DNA of 63,972 nt, counting the filler, from Reticulomyxa filosa (taxonomy: Eukaryota; Protista; Foraminifera): assembly GCA_000512085.1 (NCBI GenBank). It is 14 parts of 14 records of this genome, joined end to end, with 100 filler letters (N's around TTAATTAATTAA, not from the genome) between each part and the next. Parts side by side here need not be neighbours in the genome. Positions count along the whole stretch, not along the records: positions 49,083 to 57,523 come from ASPP01006514.1; positions 57,624 to 59,236 come from ASPP01009037.1; positions 59,337 to 62,401 come from ASPP01007621.1; 11 more parts are not named here. One strand, given 5' to 3'. Both the position numbers and the translations under genes were made by a program. Positions 49,083 to 62,401 of this stretch are shown in pieces (the stretch's first letter is position 1; each line of letters begins with the position of its first letter). The notes under the pieces are model-generated. The model made no database searches, was not told the DNA's origin, and saw only the letters and a program-made list of their open reading frames with translations.

Positions 49083-52000
49083 TTCTTCCTCTATCTTTCT
49101 TCCTCTATCTTTTCTGGTTGAACTGGGACATCAAACAGATAATCTATGACAAAATTCCGAAATTTGAGAGCTGCAAAAGCATGCGAAGAAGAGACTGGAA
49201 TACTTTGCGCTGGGCGAACGCAAAATCTCACTGAACACTGCATCGACTTGCAGCGACCACTACCGCAACTTATCGATATGGATCGAATGTGGAGTCGACT
49301 CTTGGACACGTGCAAGGCCAACATTCAAGACGTTTTGTTTCCTGCTGTTTTTTCCCAACAGGACGGATGGAAAGAAATAACTTGACGTGTTCCATTTGTA
49401 CAAACATGATGGTGTTGACATAGCTTCGAAAAAGATATCCAGCATTGCTGTTTTTTACTATGACTGACATGCGGTTTTTGTGCAACCTTCTGTCACAACG
49501 CCAACGTGATTCGAAAGACCCGGCATGGCTTGCTGCTCTCTCCTCCAAGATTACATACATTGATCCCGATCTTAGCACCACCGACGTACAAAAGGCCGTG
49601 ACTCGACTAGTTTTGTCTTTGCTTTTGAGTGGCTCCACACTTGCGTTGTGCAAGACAAAACAACCTGTGTGCGGAACTTTGTGCACAGGAATGGATCGTA
49701 GACCCTAATCAAGAACTGGAACAATTAGGCAAGTTTTTGCGCAACTCATTTGCATCCAGCTTCGAAAAATCGTTTTCTTTGACGTGTGAGATCGAAAAAA
49801 AACCCGTTTATCAAACTGCTCTGCATTTGCATTGTTGCGACAAGTCCCAAGTGCTGCCCTACGTACTCAAAGCGCATTTACTGCAAGGGCAAAGACCCAT
49901 TGCAAATCGAGTTAAGCAATTCACTCTTTTGGATAAGAAATGCATGCATTAATGTATACGTATGTGTGTATGTATATGATAGGTGTTGTTTTGCGATAAT
50001 TCGACATCCATCGAACAATTGGACTGTTTTCTGCAACGATGTGTCGGCGAAACAAGCAAAGACACATGCCATTTACATTGCTTAGTGCAGCCCGAATTAC
50101 TGTCCTGTGATATGCAAGACGAATTTGTGAGGCGCCTCGGCATTCACACAAAGCACAAAAGCAAATATTTGCTACGAATAATTTGCACGGATCAGTCATC
50201 AGTGGTGGCACAGGCATTGAGTGCGTACAAAGACAGAGATCCATTGACATTGGTCCAACAAGAGAGCAAACAATTTTACCAACAAAATTTGTGCAATAGT
50301 CTGGATGCATTTGTGCAAAGGAAAAACAATGTCCCATTTGTGCAGCTATTTCTGTCACAAAACGCGTGTGCTGGAAAGTCGCACGTACTCGAAAAAAAGG
50401 CAAAGGAATTGAACATAAACGAGAAATGCTTTGTACATGTTCCGATTAATACTTGTACCATTGATATTGACTTTTTGATAGAGAAATTTTGTAGCGTGTC
50501 CTCGGATGACTTGACTGTATGTTTCATTTTGCGTGTTGCATGTTCTATCTTTTGTTTATGTGTACGTATTTGCAATATTTATTTGACTGCTAATGAAAAA
50601 CAAAAGAGATATACAATACACAAATGAACAAAGGTCTTCCATATCAATATATCAAGTCAAGCAGGCAAAGACGTGAATATTTTCATGTTCCAGCTGCTGA
50701 TATTGCGATATCTTAGCACAAATAATGGACAGAGTTTTCGTGTACGTAATAACCATGCATTTTTTGTGGAATTACCGACGCAATTGTCGACGACACATAA
50801 CATAACTCGTTTGCGAGAAGTTTTGATCTGGTTCGATTTCTTTGGGGAGCGCATCAACGAATCGTCGATTGCATTTACTGAAGTTCTGGACCAACTTCGT
50901 AAAGACGCACCTTTTTTTCACACGTCCTTGACAAACGAGTTGGAATGGGGCGAAAAAGAGAAATTTGTGCTGCAATACATAAACGCCTTGGATAATAAAG
51001 AATTGCGGAGCACTGGAAGAAACAAAGATTGGAAATTTAACAGCAGCCTTGTCCTATCATCATCTGTCATTCAGATGTTATTGCAAAAATACGCACCCCG
51101 AGGTATTTACTTGTATAACATCTTTATTCTCCCTATCTGTACATATACATAATAATGTTGATTGGTTGCGTTCAACTCTGTGCAATTAGCGCAATCGTCA
51201 TTGGTGCAATGCAAGGCATTCCTGCAATTTATGTATCGACAACTAATCCAAACACACCAATTCCTACACGTGAAAAATTGCTATACACCGATTGTCGATG
51301 GCCGTGTGATTCAATTACATGAGATAATTGTATCATCACTGATTAAGTCCGGTCAATATATTGCGTGCAAAATATACGAAAACGAAAACCTCCAAAACTT
51401 TATTCTGGTAGAGGCCTGGAGAGAAGCAGATCCACCAATAGTCCTATTAAATCAACGTTCACTCGAAAGCCTTGTATGCTTTGTTTTGTTTGTGCCCAAA
51501 AGTGCATTCCTTTTTGTCATTGACTGTAACGTGCACATGCATGTGCGCACTACAGATTAAGCCCAAGGTCGAGAAACAAGTAGACGAAAAGGAACAGAAA
51601 CAGGAACAGAAACAAGCACAAAAACCTCCCAGTTCGCAGATTGATATGGACCTGCAAGATGAAACCACGGATCATTCCCTGTCTCTGCTGTCCTTCAATT
51701 TGGACAAAAATCGTCATCCCCACGCGGAAGAGTGGCGTTTGGTTCGGAAGTTGCATAAATGGAATTTATTCAACTTCGAAGAAGACATGATTAAAAAATT
51801 GACAGCCGTGGATAAAGTTGGTATTTATCGTGAGATCCCAAAAGATCAATCAGAAAAATTGTATTTGTTATTGCAAATTTGTGGCCGATTTGACAAGTTG
51901 AGAGACTCCAACAATTATATATGTATACGTGTATATATATGTCATTTTTATTTATTTGTTTTTAATGACTTCTCTGTTGGTTATCGAACTCAATCCCATC

Positions 52001-55000
52001 ACGGCAAAGGAAAACAGAAGCACAAAAGGAAGAGAAAGTGCAGGAGCTGTTGAAACAACACAATGATTATGCATTAACATTTGACAACATTTTGAAAATT
52101 GTTGCTATTTTCTTTCGAATCAAGTCAAGGATTCCTGTTCTCCTCATGGGTGAAACTGTTGAGTCCCTTTTTTTTTTTTAAATTAATGATACAAAAACAG
52201 AGCCAATACAAGTCAATGTCGTTCGATTGTGCATGGGTCACAGGGATGTGGGAAAACCAAGCTATTGCAATTCATGGCCAGCGTGTTAGATCTCACAATG
52301 ACGACAATTGACGTGCACGGTGGATACACAATCGAAAATTTACAGAGTGATTTGAGCCGGGTTGTAAACGCCGCAAACAACAGACTGCAAGAAATGCATT
52401 TGGTATTTTTAGACGAAATCAATACATCTCCGGAAATCGGAGCCTTCAAGGAAGTTGTATGCGATCGTAGTCTGAAAGGTAACACATTTCCTGAGAATAT
52501 GATCATCATCGCAGCGCTGAATCCACATCGACGACATTACCGATCGCAACAAGAAATCCTCGAGGAAAAGCAAGAAGCAAAGAATATTGATAAGACGTAT
52601 CTGAATGATTTGGAGAGAGAATTGGAGGATTTGGTGTACCGCGTGTTTCCATTGCCCGAATCATTCAAAGCGTACATATGGAACTTTGGTTCGTTGGCAG
52701 ACATGGACGAACAGCAATACATTTCAGTCATGACGAGTGCATCTTGGTATGATGTTCGCTGCTTTCTTTGCTTTTTATGTGTGATAACAATGATAACAGA
52801 GTGAAACAAGTCCAAACATTGGAATGACAGGTCCAATCCGCAATTCACTGCAAAGATATCAACGCAAAGGATTTCCGAAAAAGAATTGGACAACCTGAAA
52901 GTCACATTTATTCAATTGATTTTTGAATCACAAAAATTTGTCAGGTTAAATGTGCAAATGAACAAATAAACAAACAAATAAAAAAAGAGAAAATATTTTA
53001 TTTATGTTACAATGAAAATGCGTCGTTGTCAAAACCGTATGTACGATACAACATATCACAGACATGAGTTAGGCGATCAGAGCGTCTGTTCCTTACGTGA
53101 CGTGCGTCGAGTCAATATGCTATTTTTATGGTTTTTCAATCATCGCGGTGGCCATTGGAGCTCCAACGCTATCGAAGCCATTATTCTGGCATTGGCACAG
53201 TGTTACTACTACAGACTTAATCAAACGTCGAGAGAGCAGTACAGTGCCACCATTACCGAACAGATTATTTCAAAGAATTACAAGCAGGATTTCCTGACCA
53301 CATTGCAAAAAGAGGAAAAAGAGTACGTTTATGAAAAAAGCAAAAATAAAAACATATTGCGGCCGTCATGTAATGTTCGTGTTGTTGTGTTGATACAGAT
53401 ATATGCAGATGCTGGTAATCCCCGCGGGAATTGCACAGAACCAAGCTTTTCGTGAAAACGTGTTTGTAATGTTGGTAGGCTTGGCAACAAAGACACCGAC
53501 GATCGTTGTTGGAAGACCGGGGTCCTCCAAGACGTTGGCCATGAATGTGCTTCTTAGCAACTTGTCATCCTCTGCGAAAAATAAAATGCTTTCCACCATT
53601 GGATTGGATGACTTCTTTGTCCTCTCATTCCAATGCTCGAAGATGACGACCTCGGCGATGATTGAAAAGCGATGGAAACAGGCCGTCGACTATCAAAATA
53701 AAATCAAGTTTCGTCTTTGTGTTTCACGTGCATGTCCACAAATTCACAGATAGACTTTGGGATTCGTCCTCTTTCAATTATTTGCAATTGTTGTGAGCAG
53801 TGAAATGATTAACAGTGACGAAGCCAGTCTCTCCAAGGATTCCTCCAAACAAACACGGAGCGTTGTCCTGTGGCTGGACGAAGTAGGACTGGCGGAATGG
53901 AGTCCTCACAGACCTCTGAAAGTTTTGCACAAATTATTGGAGGACAACAATAACAAAATTGCTTTCATTGGTCTCAGGTTTGAACTCTATTTTTTTGGCT
54001 TGTTTTACAAAGTCCGAAACGGAGGGAGTTCATCATACACACATACACACATAGCAACTGGAGATTGGACGCAGCCAAGATGAATCGCTTGATATTGCAT
54101 CAGGTCCCTCAACCTAAGGATAGCGATTTAAAAGAGACAGCGGACACAATAATCAAGGAGCAATCCGAAACCACCAAAAGTATGTCAAAAGAATTGGAGG
54201 TGCGCATCCCAAATATCACGCTCCTATATCGCAATATAACCCAGCACAATCCTTTTAATTTTGATTTTTTTGGCTATCGCGATTTCTACGCGCTGGCGAG
54301 CTATTTGAAGTACAAAATTCAAAAGCATTCCTCTGTCACCCAAGACTTGCTGATGGAAGCTGCGCTTCGAAATTTCGGAGGCATGACCAAGAAAGATATA
54401 GAAATCTACTTGCTTCCAAAAATCAAATCCTATTGGCTGAATGACGATCTGCAAATTGATCCCTGGAAATGTCACACGCCGTTGCATTTGATCAAAAACA
54501 ATATTGAACAGGCGCAGGATGAAGAGAGTCCCGATATCCGCAACATTATGTTCATCGCAGACTACCCGGCCATGTGGAAGATCTTATTTGACAGTGGAAT
54601 CACGTCCATTCAATCCACCGAGGTTATCTTTGGTAGCAGATTTGCAGAGGATCAATCTTCGGCAATGTACTTGTATCAAATCATTGAAAAAATGCGTCGC
54701 ACAATGAACTACGGAGGATTGTGCATATTGTTGCAATTGGACCAGTTGTACGACTCTTTGTATGATGTACTTAATCAAAAATATGAGACGATCGATAATC
54801 AAAAGTTTTGTTATTTATTCTTTTGTTTCGAATTGTAAACTGCCTCATCTTTGAAAAATCTCTGGAACAGATACTGTCGCATTTGTGTTGGAGGAGAATC
54901 TATTCGTTGTCGAATTGCAAAAAAATTTCGATGTGCAGTTGTGGTTTCGAAAGCGGAAGCACATCACGAAGTTGGTCCTCGTCACAAAAAAAAATAAAAA

Positions 55001-57523
55001 TAAAAATAATATAAAATACATAATATATACAATATATACACATATATGTATACTTCTCAATAACACAGGCTCAAGAGAGTAAATATCATGTCCCTGTTGC
55101 ATTTCTAAGTCGATTTGAAAAGTTCTATTTGGATCCTACACTGTTAGAGGACTACAGTCTCGATCCACTGTGGAAGTGCAAATGGGAAAAACTGCAACAG
55201 ATGCAAGAGCAAGCATTTTTCGATTTGAAACAAGCGAGTCCGTCGACATTCTTTGTTGGCTTTGTGAAAAGCTACACGTACATCAGTCTGCTCATGAACT
55301 CATTTCATCAAAATAGACAACAAAACTTTGGCTCAGAACACAAAGTGAGCGATGAGGAACAAATCGAGAACGCAGGACAGTACTGTTTGAAAATGCTCCT
55401 GCAAAACACGAGTCTGGAAAAATTTCTCAGAAACCACGTTTCCCACTGTGATGACTTTAAGCCCTACGCCGACATTGTAACTTTTTCTATTCAATTGTTT
55501 TCCAATTGTACTGTTTATCATTGATATCGATTTGTATATTTGTGTTGGTATTTGCATAGATCGACGTGATCGAACGAGAAGGGACGAACGAAACCGTTTC
55601 CAATGTGTTGTTGCAAATTGTGACTCATGACTACCAGGTGCGAGACAACCCAATACTCGATGGCAGACATGGCCTTTATGTGGTGACAAGAGACAAATCC
55701 TTGAACAGTCACAGATATCTGGCGACATCACTCGACGAATACAAAACGAATAAGGAGATCAAGGTGACAGAAATACGATTCAAAGATCTGAGAGATTTCG
55801 TGAGAGAGACAGATTTCACGTGTTATGTGACCGACTTCCTCAGTCATCGTCCGGAACACAAGGACCATAGGGTCTTGGTTATCGCATGCGAGTCTCCCAT
55901 GAACAACGACATGCTTGCACATCACGCGCACACTCAATATCTCATTGAAAAGGCAGCGTCCATCAATCGTCTTAGCAATGATACGTCTTGGAAGAAGACC
56001 ATTGTTTTGCTTTGTCACAGGTTTACATCTTTGTTCACACAAACAACAAACTAAAGCAGATCAAACAAACAAAAAAAAAACAGGGATCGAACAAACACAA
56101 ACGAATTCGGATATCCGCTAATCTTTAGCTCTATGTGGAAACGAGTGTTCTTGGACGCATTGTTGCCATCAAAGTACGCAAAAGAGGTGCAAATCAACGA
56201 CATCTGTATTGCGAACATGAGCATCCTTTCAAAGCGACTCGAAGGAAATGGCGTGCAATTACTGACCAATTCGTATGAGCAGGCACTCAATCATTTGAAC
56301 TTTGCTGACAATGATTTGGTGCAAATAGTGCGCGGCCATTTAACAAGTTCCTCGCCAGCAGGAAAAAAATTGCAACATGTGATGAAAAAGCTCTTGAATG
56401 ACATCCTCGTCACCGAAAAGGGCGCCTTGGCATGTTTGAAGGCTTTGCTGGAAGAGAGACTTGACGATAGAGGATCGTTGCGAAGGCAATTCATGCTGAA
56501 TCTGACTCATCAAATCAAACACGCCACGGCCGAAAGTTACTTTGTTTTCTCCTATTCAAACGATCAAACAAACAAAAATTATGTCATACAATACAACAGT
56601 TCTATCGACGTTGTTTGAAAATCAGTACATAAGGATTTACGACTCCAAAACACAGAAGGACAGAGAACAAATGAACACTCTGTTTTTACAATTGCTGGGC
56701 CAGTCGCAGATTGTTCGATCCCGGAATGCATCCCAGAGCGGAGATATTTCCAAAGGGGCAAGATTCCCTTTCAGCAGTCATCTCCACGCATACATGTCCT
56801 CATTTCGTGCAAAGTGCTTTGAGATGACCGATCAATTGCGGGACAAGCAAACGAACAATCGATGTGGCTTTTAATGAAAGAAATCGATCGATGCATTTGC
56901 GAATCGAAATTGAAAGAGGAAGTCGACAAGTGGCCCTTGCATATTATGCAAGCACTCGTCAATGACATTGTCCACCTCGAAAAAAATCAGAGTCTGGGAA
57001 TCCAGTATACGCCCGAGTCCAGTCACGACATTTTGATCCGCCACGTGTGTTGCTTTATTGACCACGCATCGATGGAAATGTGGAAGAAGGGCGAATTTAT
57101 GGCAGTACAGATGAACAGTGATGACAGGATAAGCCACCAAGACCAAAAAGAAGAAGAGGAAGAAGAAGAAGAAAATAGCACAGATGACGAGAGCAAGAGC
57201 TCTCTTGACAGTGCAAGATACAGACTCTATCTTCAAAATTTAACAGCTCCAAAACATAATTCAAACATAGAACGACGGAAACGGTCTGGACAGCAATCGA
57301 AGAATGATGAGATCGCCAATCGTAAAAAGAAACACGCTCTCGCAAAGAAATTTGGTGAAGACGACATCACGTACCAATTGCCAGAGGTCTATGCCACATT
57401 ATGGTCCTATGAAAGATTGCTCGATGACTTTCTCAAGACATTGGCTATGATTGGAGACCAGCCTGAAGTACTGAGCAACTTGCTTAGAGGTATTCTCCTT
57501 TTTTTTTGATTATGTTGGGAGGA
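49083..57523 (+). CDS. RNF213 (mysterin)-like giant dynein-related AAA+ ATPase, internal fragment
   Basis: YALTFDNILKIVAIFFRIKSRIPVLLMGET|GCGKT (Walker A split by intron 52158-52243), FLDEINT, IAALNP, LVYRVFPLPES, SLRDVRR, GIAQNQAFRENVF, GRPGSSKTLA, LDEVGLAEWSPHRPLKVLHKLLE, SNWRLDAAKMNR, FFGYRDFY, RNFGG, IFGSRF, LYDVLNQ and FLSRFEK, in RNF213 order. Confidence 0.92.
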
Positions 57524-57623
57524 NNNNNNNNNNNNNNNNNNNNNNNNNNNNNNNNNNNNNNNNNNNNTTAATTAATTAANNNNNNNNNNNNNNNNNNNNN
57601 NNNNNNNNNNNNNNNNNNNNNNN

Positions 57624-57662
<39 letters not shown>

Positions 57663-58342
57663 TCAAAATAATAACTTTATCATTGTCAGATAAATCCTTC
57701 CATCCGTGTTCAATCCATGATTTGTTCATTTGTTGTGTTGCGATCACCACGATCAACACAACCTCAAAGACGAAGCACAAACTGCCCATCACCGTAAACT
57801 TTTTATTTTTTTTTGTTTTTTATGCATTTTTAAAGTATTTTAAAAATTATTCAGTTTGTCATTTACAAATGTGTACGTACAAATATATACACATATACAT
57901 ATGTACACAGAGGTATCATATGCTTTACGTATATACGAAAAAATCAACTGTGATAAGTATTCTTCGAGATAAACAACAAGCTCCTATTACTCCAAATATT
58001 GTTACAATTAGTAGAGCTCCAAACGACAAGAACATTACTATTGGAATTTTGCTATTGTGACGAGAAAATGCTCCCCATTCTGTTGTCAACATATAGCTAC
58101 CATAACTAACCAAAAACAGGCTAAAGCACTGAGTTTTTGTTTTTTTATGCGAATTGTGATTTCTTTCCTTTTTTTTTCCACCCTTCCTATTTTGTGGCTC
58201 AAATGATTGTTTGGAGGCTTGAAAAAAATATTATGTCAGAGATTATGGATGACTCAACAAAAAGCAACAAATTCAATATAAATAAAAACCATCGCATAAA
58301 TTGCTGCCATGAGGTCAGTTTTTTTTGTGAAAAAAAACACAT
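57663..58342 (-). CDS. Tetraspanin-like protein, 3' truncated
   Basis: MCFFSQKKLTSWQQFMRWFLFILNLLLF (TM1 with Asn), FGALLIVTIFGVIGACCLSRRILIT (TM2 with the GxxGA/Cys loop), and FVFEVVLIVV (TM3 with Glu). The EC2 CCG motif is not in the window. Confidence 0.7.
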
Positions 58343-58965
58343 TGTAAACTAGCCTATTCAGAAAAAAACTTTACACAGATGAGTTCCCTTTGCTAAGCCA
58401 TCTGCAACAGTTACTAAAAAAGGCAAAATAAAATAGTATATAAGTTATAAGAATCGCACTTCAAACTGAAAAATAAGATTATTCATCACTGATTCTTTTC
58501 GTACCTGCTCTTAGACGACGATCATTGAATCATAAATCTAGGCCAGTACATGAAGATTTAACAGTCTCCATTTGAAGACGCATCGAAAAAGTGGAGTCAT
58601 TGGTGATTGATCAGCACAAAAATATTCAATTGAAAACAACAATGTTTTTGCACACAGCACAATTGCGACGAGTAATACAAGCATTAGGCTCAATTCAAAC
58701 CAAATTTACAATTTTTGCATTAAAACAGGCTTGGAAAAAAGTGTACTTCGGTGTGTTTTTTTTTTTCAAAAAAGAAAGTTACTTGCCTAACATGAAGAAA
58801 ATTGGACCACAGCACAAAATAGAAAAAAATAACCAAAAAAAAATAAGAAAAAAACTATTTTAACAAAAAAAAGGGAGACGAAGGGAAAAAAAATCCTCTT
58901 CTCCTTTCCTTCTCTTCCCTTCCTTTCGAACATCTTTATTTTCCCCACCAAATGATGGATAACAA

Positions 58966-59190
58966 TCAATCAGAAGTGTCAGAAGAAGTTTGAGCAACAT
59001 TTCGAGGAGATTTGGAGCGTTGCAATTTGTTTTGTAAAGACATTTGTTGAGCTTGTTCCTTCAGAGAGTCGATATTTTCTTTGAGTTTGAGATTGTTTTG
59101 TTGCAACGAAGAGACCTGTTTTTCCAATTCTTCGATCCGAAGTGTTTTTTGTGTCTCTGTGGCTTTGTCTCTCTTTGGTTGCATTTCCAT
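58966..59190 (-). CDS. Coiled-coil C-terminal exon of a truncated gene
   Basis: RIEELEKQVSSLQQNNLKLKENIDSLKEQ heptad pattern. Confidence 0.35.
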   Translation of the reverse strand: MEMQPKRDKATETQKTLRIEELEKQVSSLQQNNLKLKENIDSLKEQAQQMSLQNKLQRSKSPRNVAQTSSDTSD

Positions 59191-59336
59191 AATAATAATA
59201 ATAAAAGCAAGCCAATCAAGGAATGTGTTTTTTTTTNNNNNNNNNNNNNNNNNNNNNNNNNNNNNNNNNNNNNNNNNNNNTTAATTAATTAANNNNNNNN
59301 NNNNNNNNNNNNNNNNNNNNNNNNNNNNNNNNNNNN

Positions 59337-60703
59337 CTCGTTCTCGTTCTCGGCCTCCATGCTTGGCGTCGACTCGCGTCATTTCCGCAAAGCGATCTTG
59401 CGGACTCAATGTAGGTAGCATTGGAGCCGCAGGTGATGGCGCCAGACTTCTGGCGCCCAGGAGGGACGAAGGGGAGGAAGGTTTCCTGGCGCTGCTGGGG
59501 TTGTGAACGAACGTGGAGGCCTGATCAAACAACTGATCGGGGTCGTCTGGAATGGAAGAGGCCGGGTGCAGCAGACTGCCGCCCACGACTGGGGTTTGCA
59601 GCAACGCAGTATCGCACTCTAGCAATGGTGAACACACGTTGTCGGTGTTATTATTGCTATTGTTATTGTTATTGTTATTGTTATTGTTATTGTTCGGTTC
59701 ACCAGAGGGAGAAGGCAGTGGGGGAAGAGGAGCTGACGATTGTGAATCCAATGGGGATTTTATGGTCTTACTATTGTCATTTTCATTGATATTGTTATCA
59801 TGATGATGATGATGATTATCATGATGATGATGATTATTATTATAATTATTATTGTTATTATTAGTATTGTAAGTGTAAGTGTAATTGTGATTGTTATTAT
59901 TACTATTGTCATACTTATTCTTATTTTTGTTACTATTATTATGACTATAATTGTTATTGTTATTGTTATTGTTATTGTTATTGTTATTGTTATTGCTATG
60001 GTTATTGTTTAATTGTGAGGATCTACCATATCGCTATCCGAGTAATTACCTTTGATCAAAGACTTTAAGTTGTGTTTCTTCATATACTCTTGGGCTTTGA
60101 GCAGGTTTTCCAGACCGTGGGAAGGGGGGAAGATCTTGGTGTGTACGCGTTCGTCTGCGCTGAAATTCTTGTTGTCGTCATCGTCGTGATAGACCTGCGT
60201 CGGACCGGGCCTTCTGGATAAGCTCGAGAACACAGGGTGAGCTGATGGCATGCTTTTGCGTTTGGTGGGGATGACAGAGGCCACAGCAACATCGTTCGGG
60301 GCTGCGTCCACGTACGAGTCGGTGACGTGTCCGTCCGTCGGGTAATGGCCAGGCGGGGCATACATGGCACCGAATCCGTTCATCAGACTTGTTAAATTGC
60401 GACGTTTCGTCATCTCCGCCGTCGTCGTTCGTTGTTGTTGTTGTTGTCATGGCTGCCTTCTTTTTGCGATGCGTGTCTTTCGATTTCGGTTTGAGTTTGC
60501 TAATATCCGGAAATCCTGTTTCGCCAAGGATTTCAAACGTTTTGTGATTCTTGCCATCATTTGGGAGTTGATATTCCTGCTCTTTCTCCTCTTGTTCTTG
60601 TTCTTGCTCTTCTTCCTCTTCTTCTGGTTGATGATGTGGAGGAGGAAGAAGATGATGATAGTAGTAATGATGACGAAGTACGCCATCATTGTCATGATCA
60701 TGA

Positions 60704-60740
<37 letters not shown>

Positions 60741-62012
60741 GATGACCATGATCAGGATAATCCTCAAACGCGTGTTCTGTCTGTTTCATCATATCTCTCC
60801 ACACCTTGTTGCTGCTATAGTCACTGTGGTGTCCGTCGTCGACACTTTTTTGCTGCTTTTGGTGTCTTGAATGCTTTTGGTGTTTTTGCTGCTTTTGCTG
60901 CTTTTGCTGCTTTTGACTCTTTCTCCGTTTCATCATCCTTTTGCATCCGAGTCGTGCCAAACTTTCGGCTGCTCGTCCAGCTCTTCCAAGTCATCTGCGT
61001 TCACTTGTGACGGCTCCACGATCGATGACGAGTGTGATGAGTCACTATCATGTTTTCTTTGCTCTACGTCATTGCGTGTCTATATACAAATATAAATATA
61101 AATATAAATATATATGTATATACACATATATACATATACATATATATATGTATATATGTGTATATATGTTTATAACATTTGTTACAAAAAAAAAAAACAA
61201 CACCTGTGCTGGGAGAGAGTATCTTTTAAAAGGTGGATTGACCAGCTGATTAGGCACACGTTTCGTGTTGGCTTTGCTCTGTGAAAAACGTCGAGCGTGC
61301 GTTTCCACGTGGCTGTCAAAATAGTCCGCTCGACGAGATGGCTCTCCTTCTCGTTTATTCGGCACTTCCTATTGCACATAACAATAACAACAACAAATAA
61401 GGATCACATATGTTGTCAATACTTGTTTTCTTTTTGTCCGGTTGTGTGTATTGGTGTTGGACCTGAACATGTGCAAAGTGGTTTAAAATGGAAGTGTCAG
61501 GTTCCACTCGAGCAATGCTGCCCTGCGCGACAAATACCCCTTGAGATGACACACTTGTCTGAAATCAGTTTGTTTTGTTTTTGTTTTTGTTTTGTTCAAA
61601 TTCATTAAAAAGTAAAGACACATTGCACCCTTTCAATTTATAATAATGAAACCAACAAATACACATACACATACACATACACACACACCCGAAAATATTG
61701 GCGACTATCAACAGACCCGTCACAATCACCGAGAAAGCCAGGGTCCAATGCAATGCCATAGACCACGCCGTCCCAAAAATGCACGTTACCAATGTAGCGG
61801 ACAACTCCACTGCGTCCATCCGTCAATTGAACCCGACTGCCTTGCTTCACATGCGAGTGCGTATGTTCTCCCGCTCCTCCATTGCCACTATGCATCTGTT
61901 CCGTCGTCACTCCACTTTCGCCTTCGTGTCTTGCTGAGGACTGACGTTGCTCATTGCCTATTCCAATTTCCGCTAACAAGTTCATTACTCCATTTCCATT
62001 GTGGTTATTAGG

Positions 62013-62055
<43 letters not shown>

Positions 62056-62401
62056 GTATTTAAATGATCCCCATGCTTTTGTCCTTGTATCATAGCAAAA
62101 GCGTCATCTCCTTCTCTGTCGCTGCTGCTGTCGCTCTTTTTATGTTTGGAAGTGAAATACTGTCGCTTGTGCGTCTCCGTAATCAGATCCACGGGAAAGT
62201 GTCCATAGTTGTGATGAACTTTGTCTTGTTCAATGTCCTCCTCTTCATTGCTCTTTGCCAGTTCTCGGTGGTTCACGTGGAAGAACTCCAGTCCACTGTT
62301 CGGCGTCGACATCTCGGGCCTGGCCTTTGCTATGTCACGTGCGAGGCCTAGTCCCGGGGGGGACGGCGCTGGAGACTTGCTTGCTGCCCTGTGAGGGGGG
62401 G
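59337..62401 (-). CDS. CAP-Gly domain protein with extensive low-complexity regions; partial at both ends
   Basis: GSRVQLTDGRSGVVRYIGNVHFWDGVVYGIALDPGFLGDCDGSVDSRQYF|..QGVFV is a CAP-Gly domain. Asn, His-Asp and Glu/Gln repeats flank it. Confidence 0.8.
59765..60010. repeat. Compound tri/hexanucleotide low-complexity tract (Asn/His-rich on the minus strand); also (TGGTCG)n at ~60700-60740
   Basis: Directly visible ATT, GAT and TTATTG runs. Confidence 0.9.
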
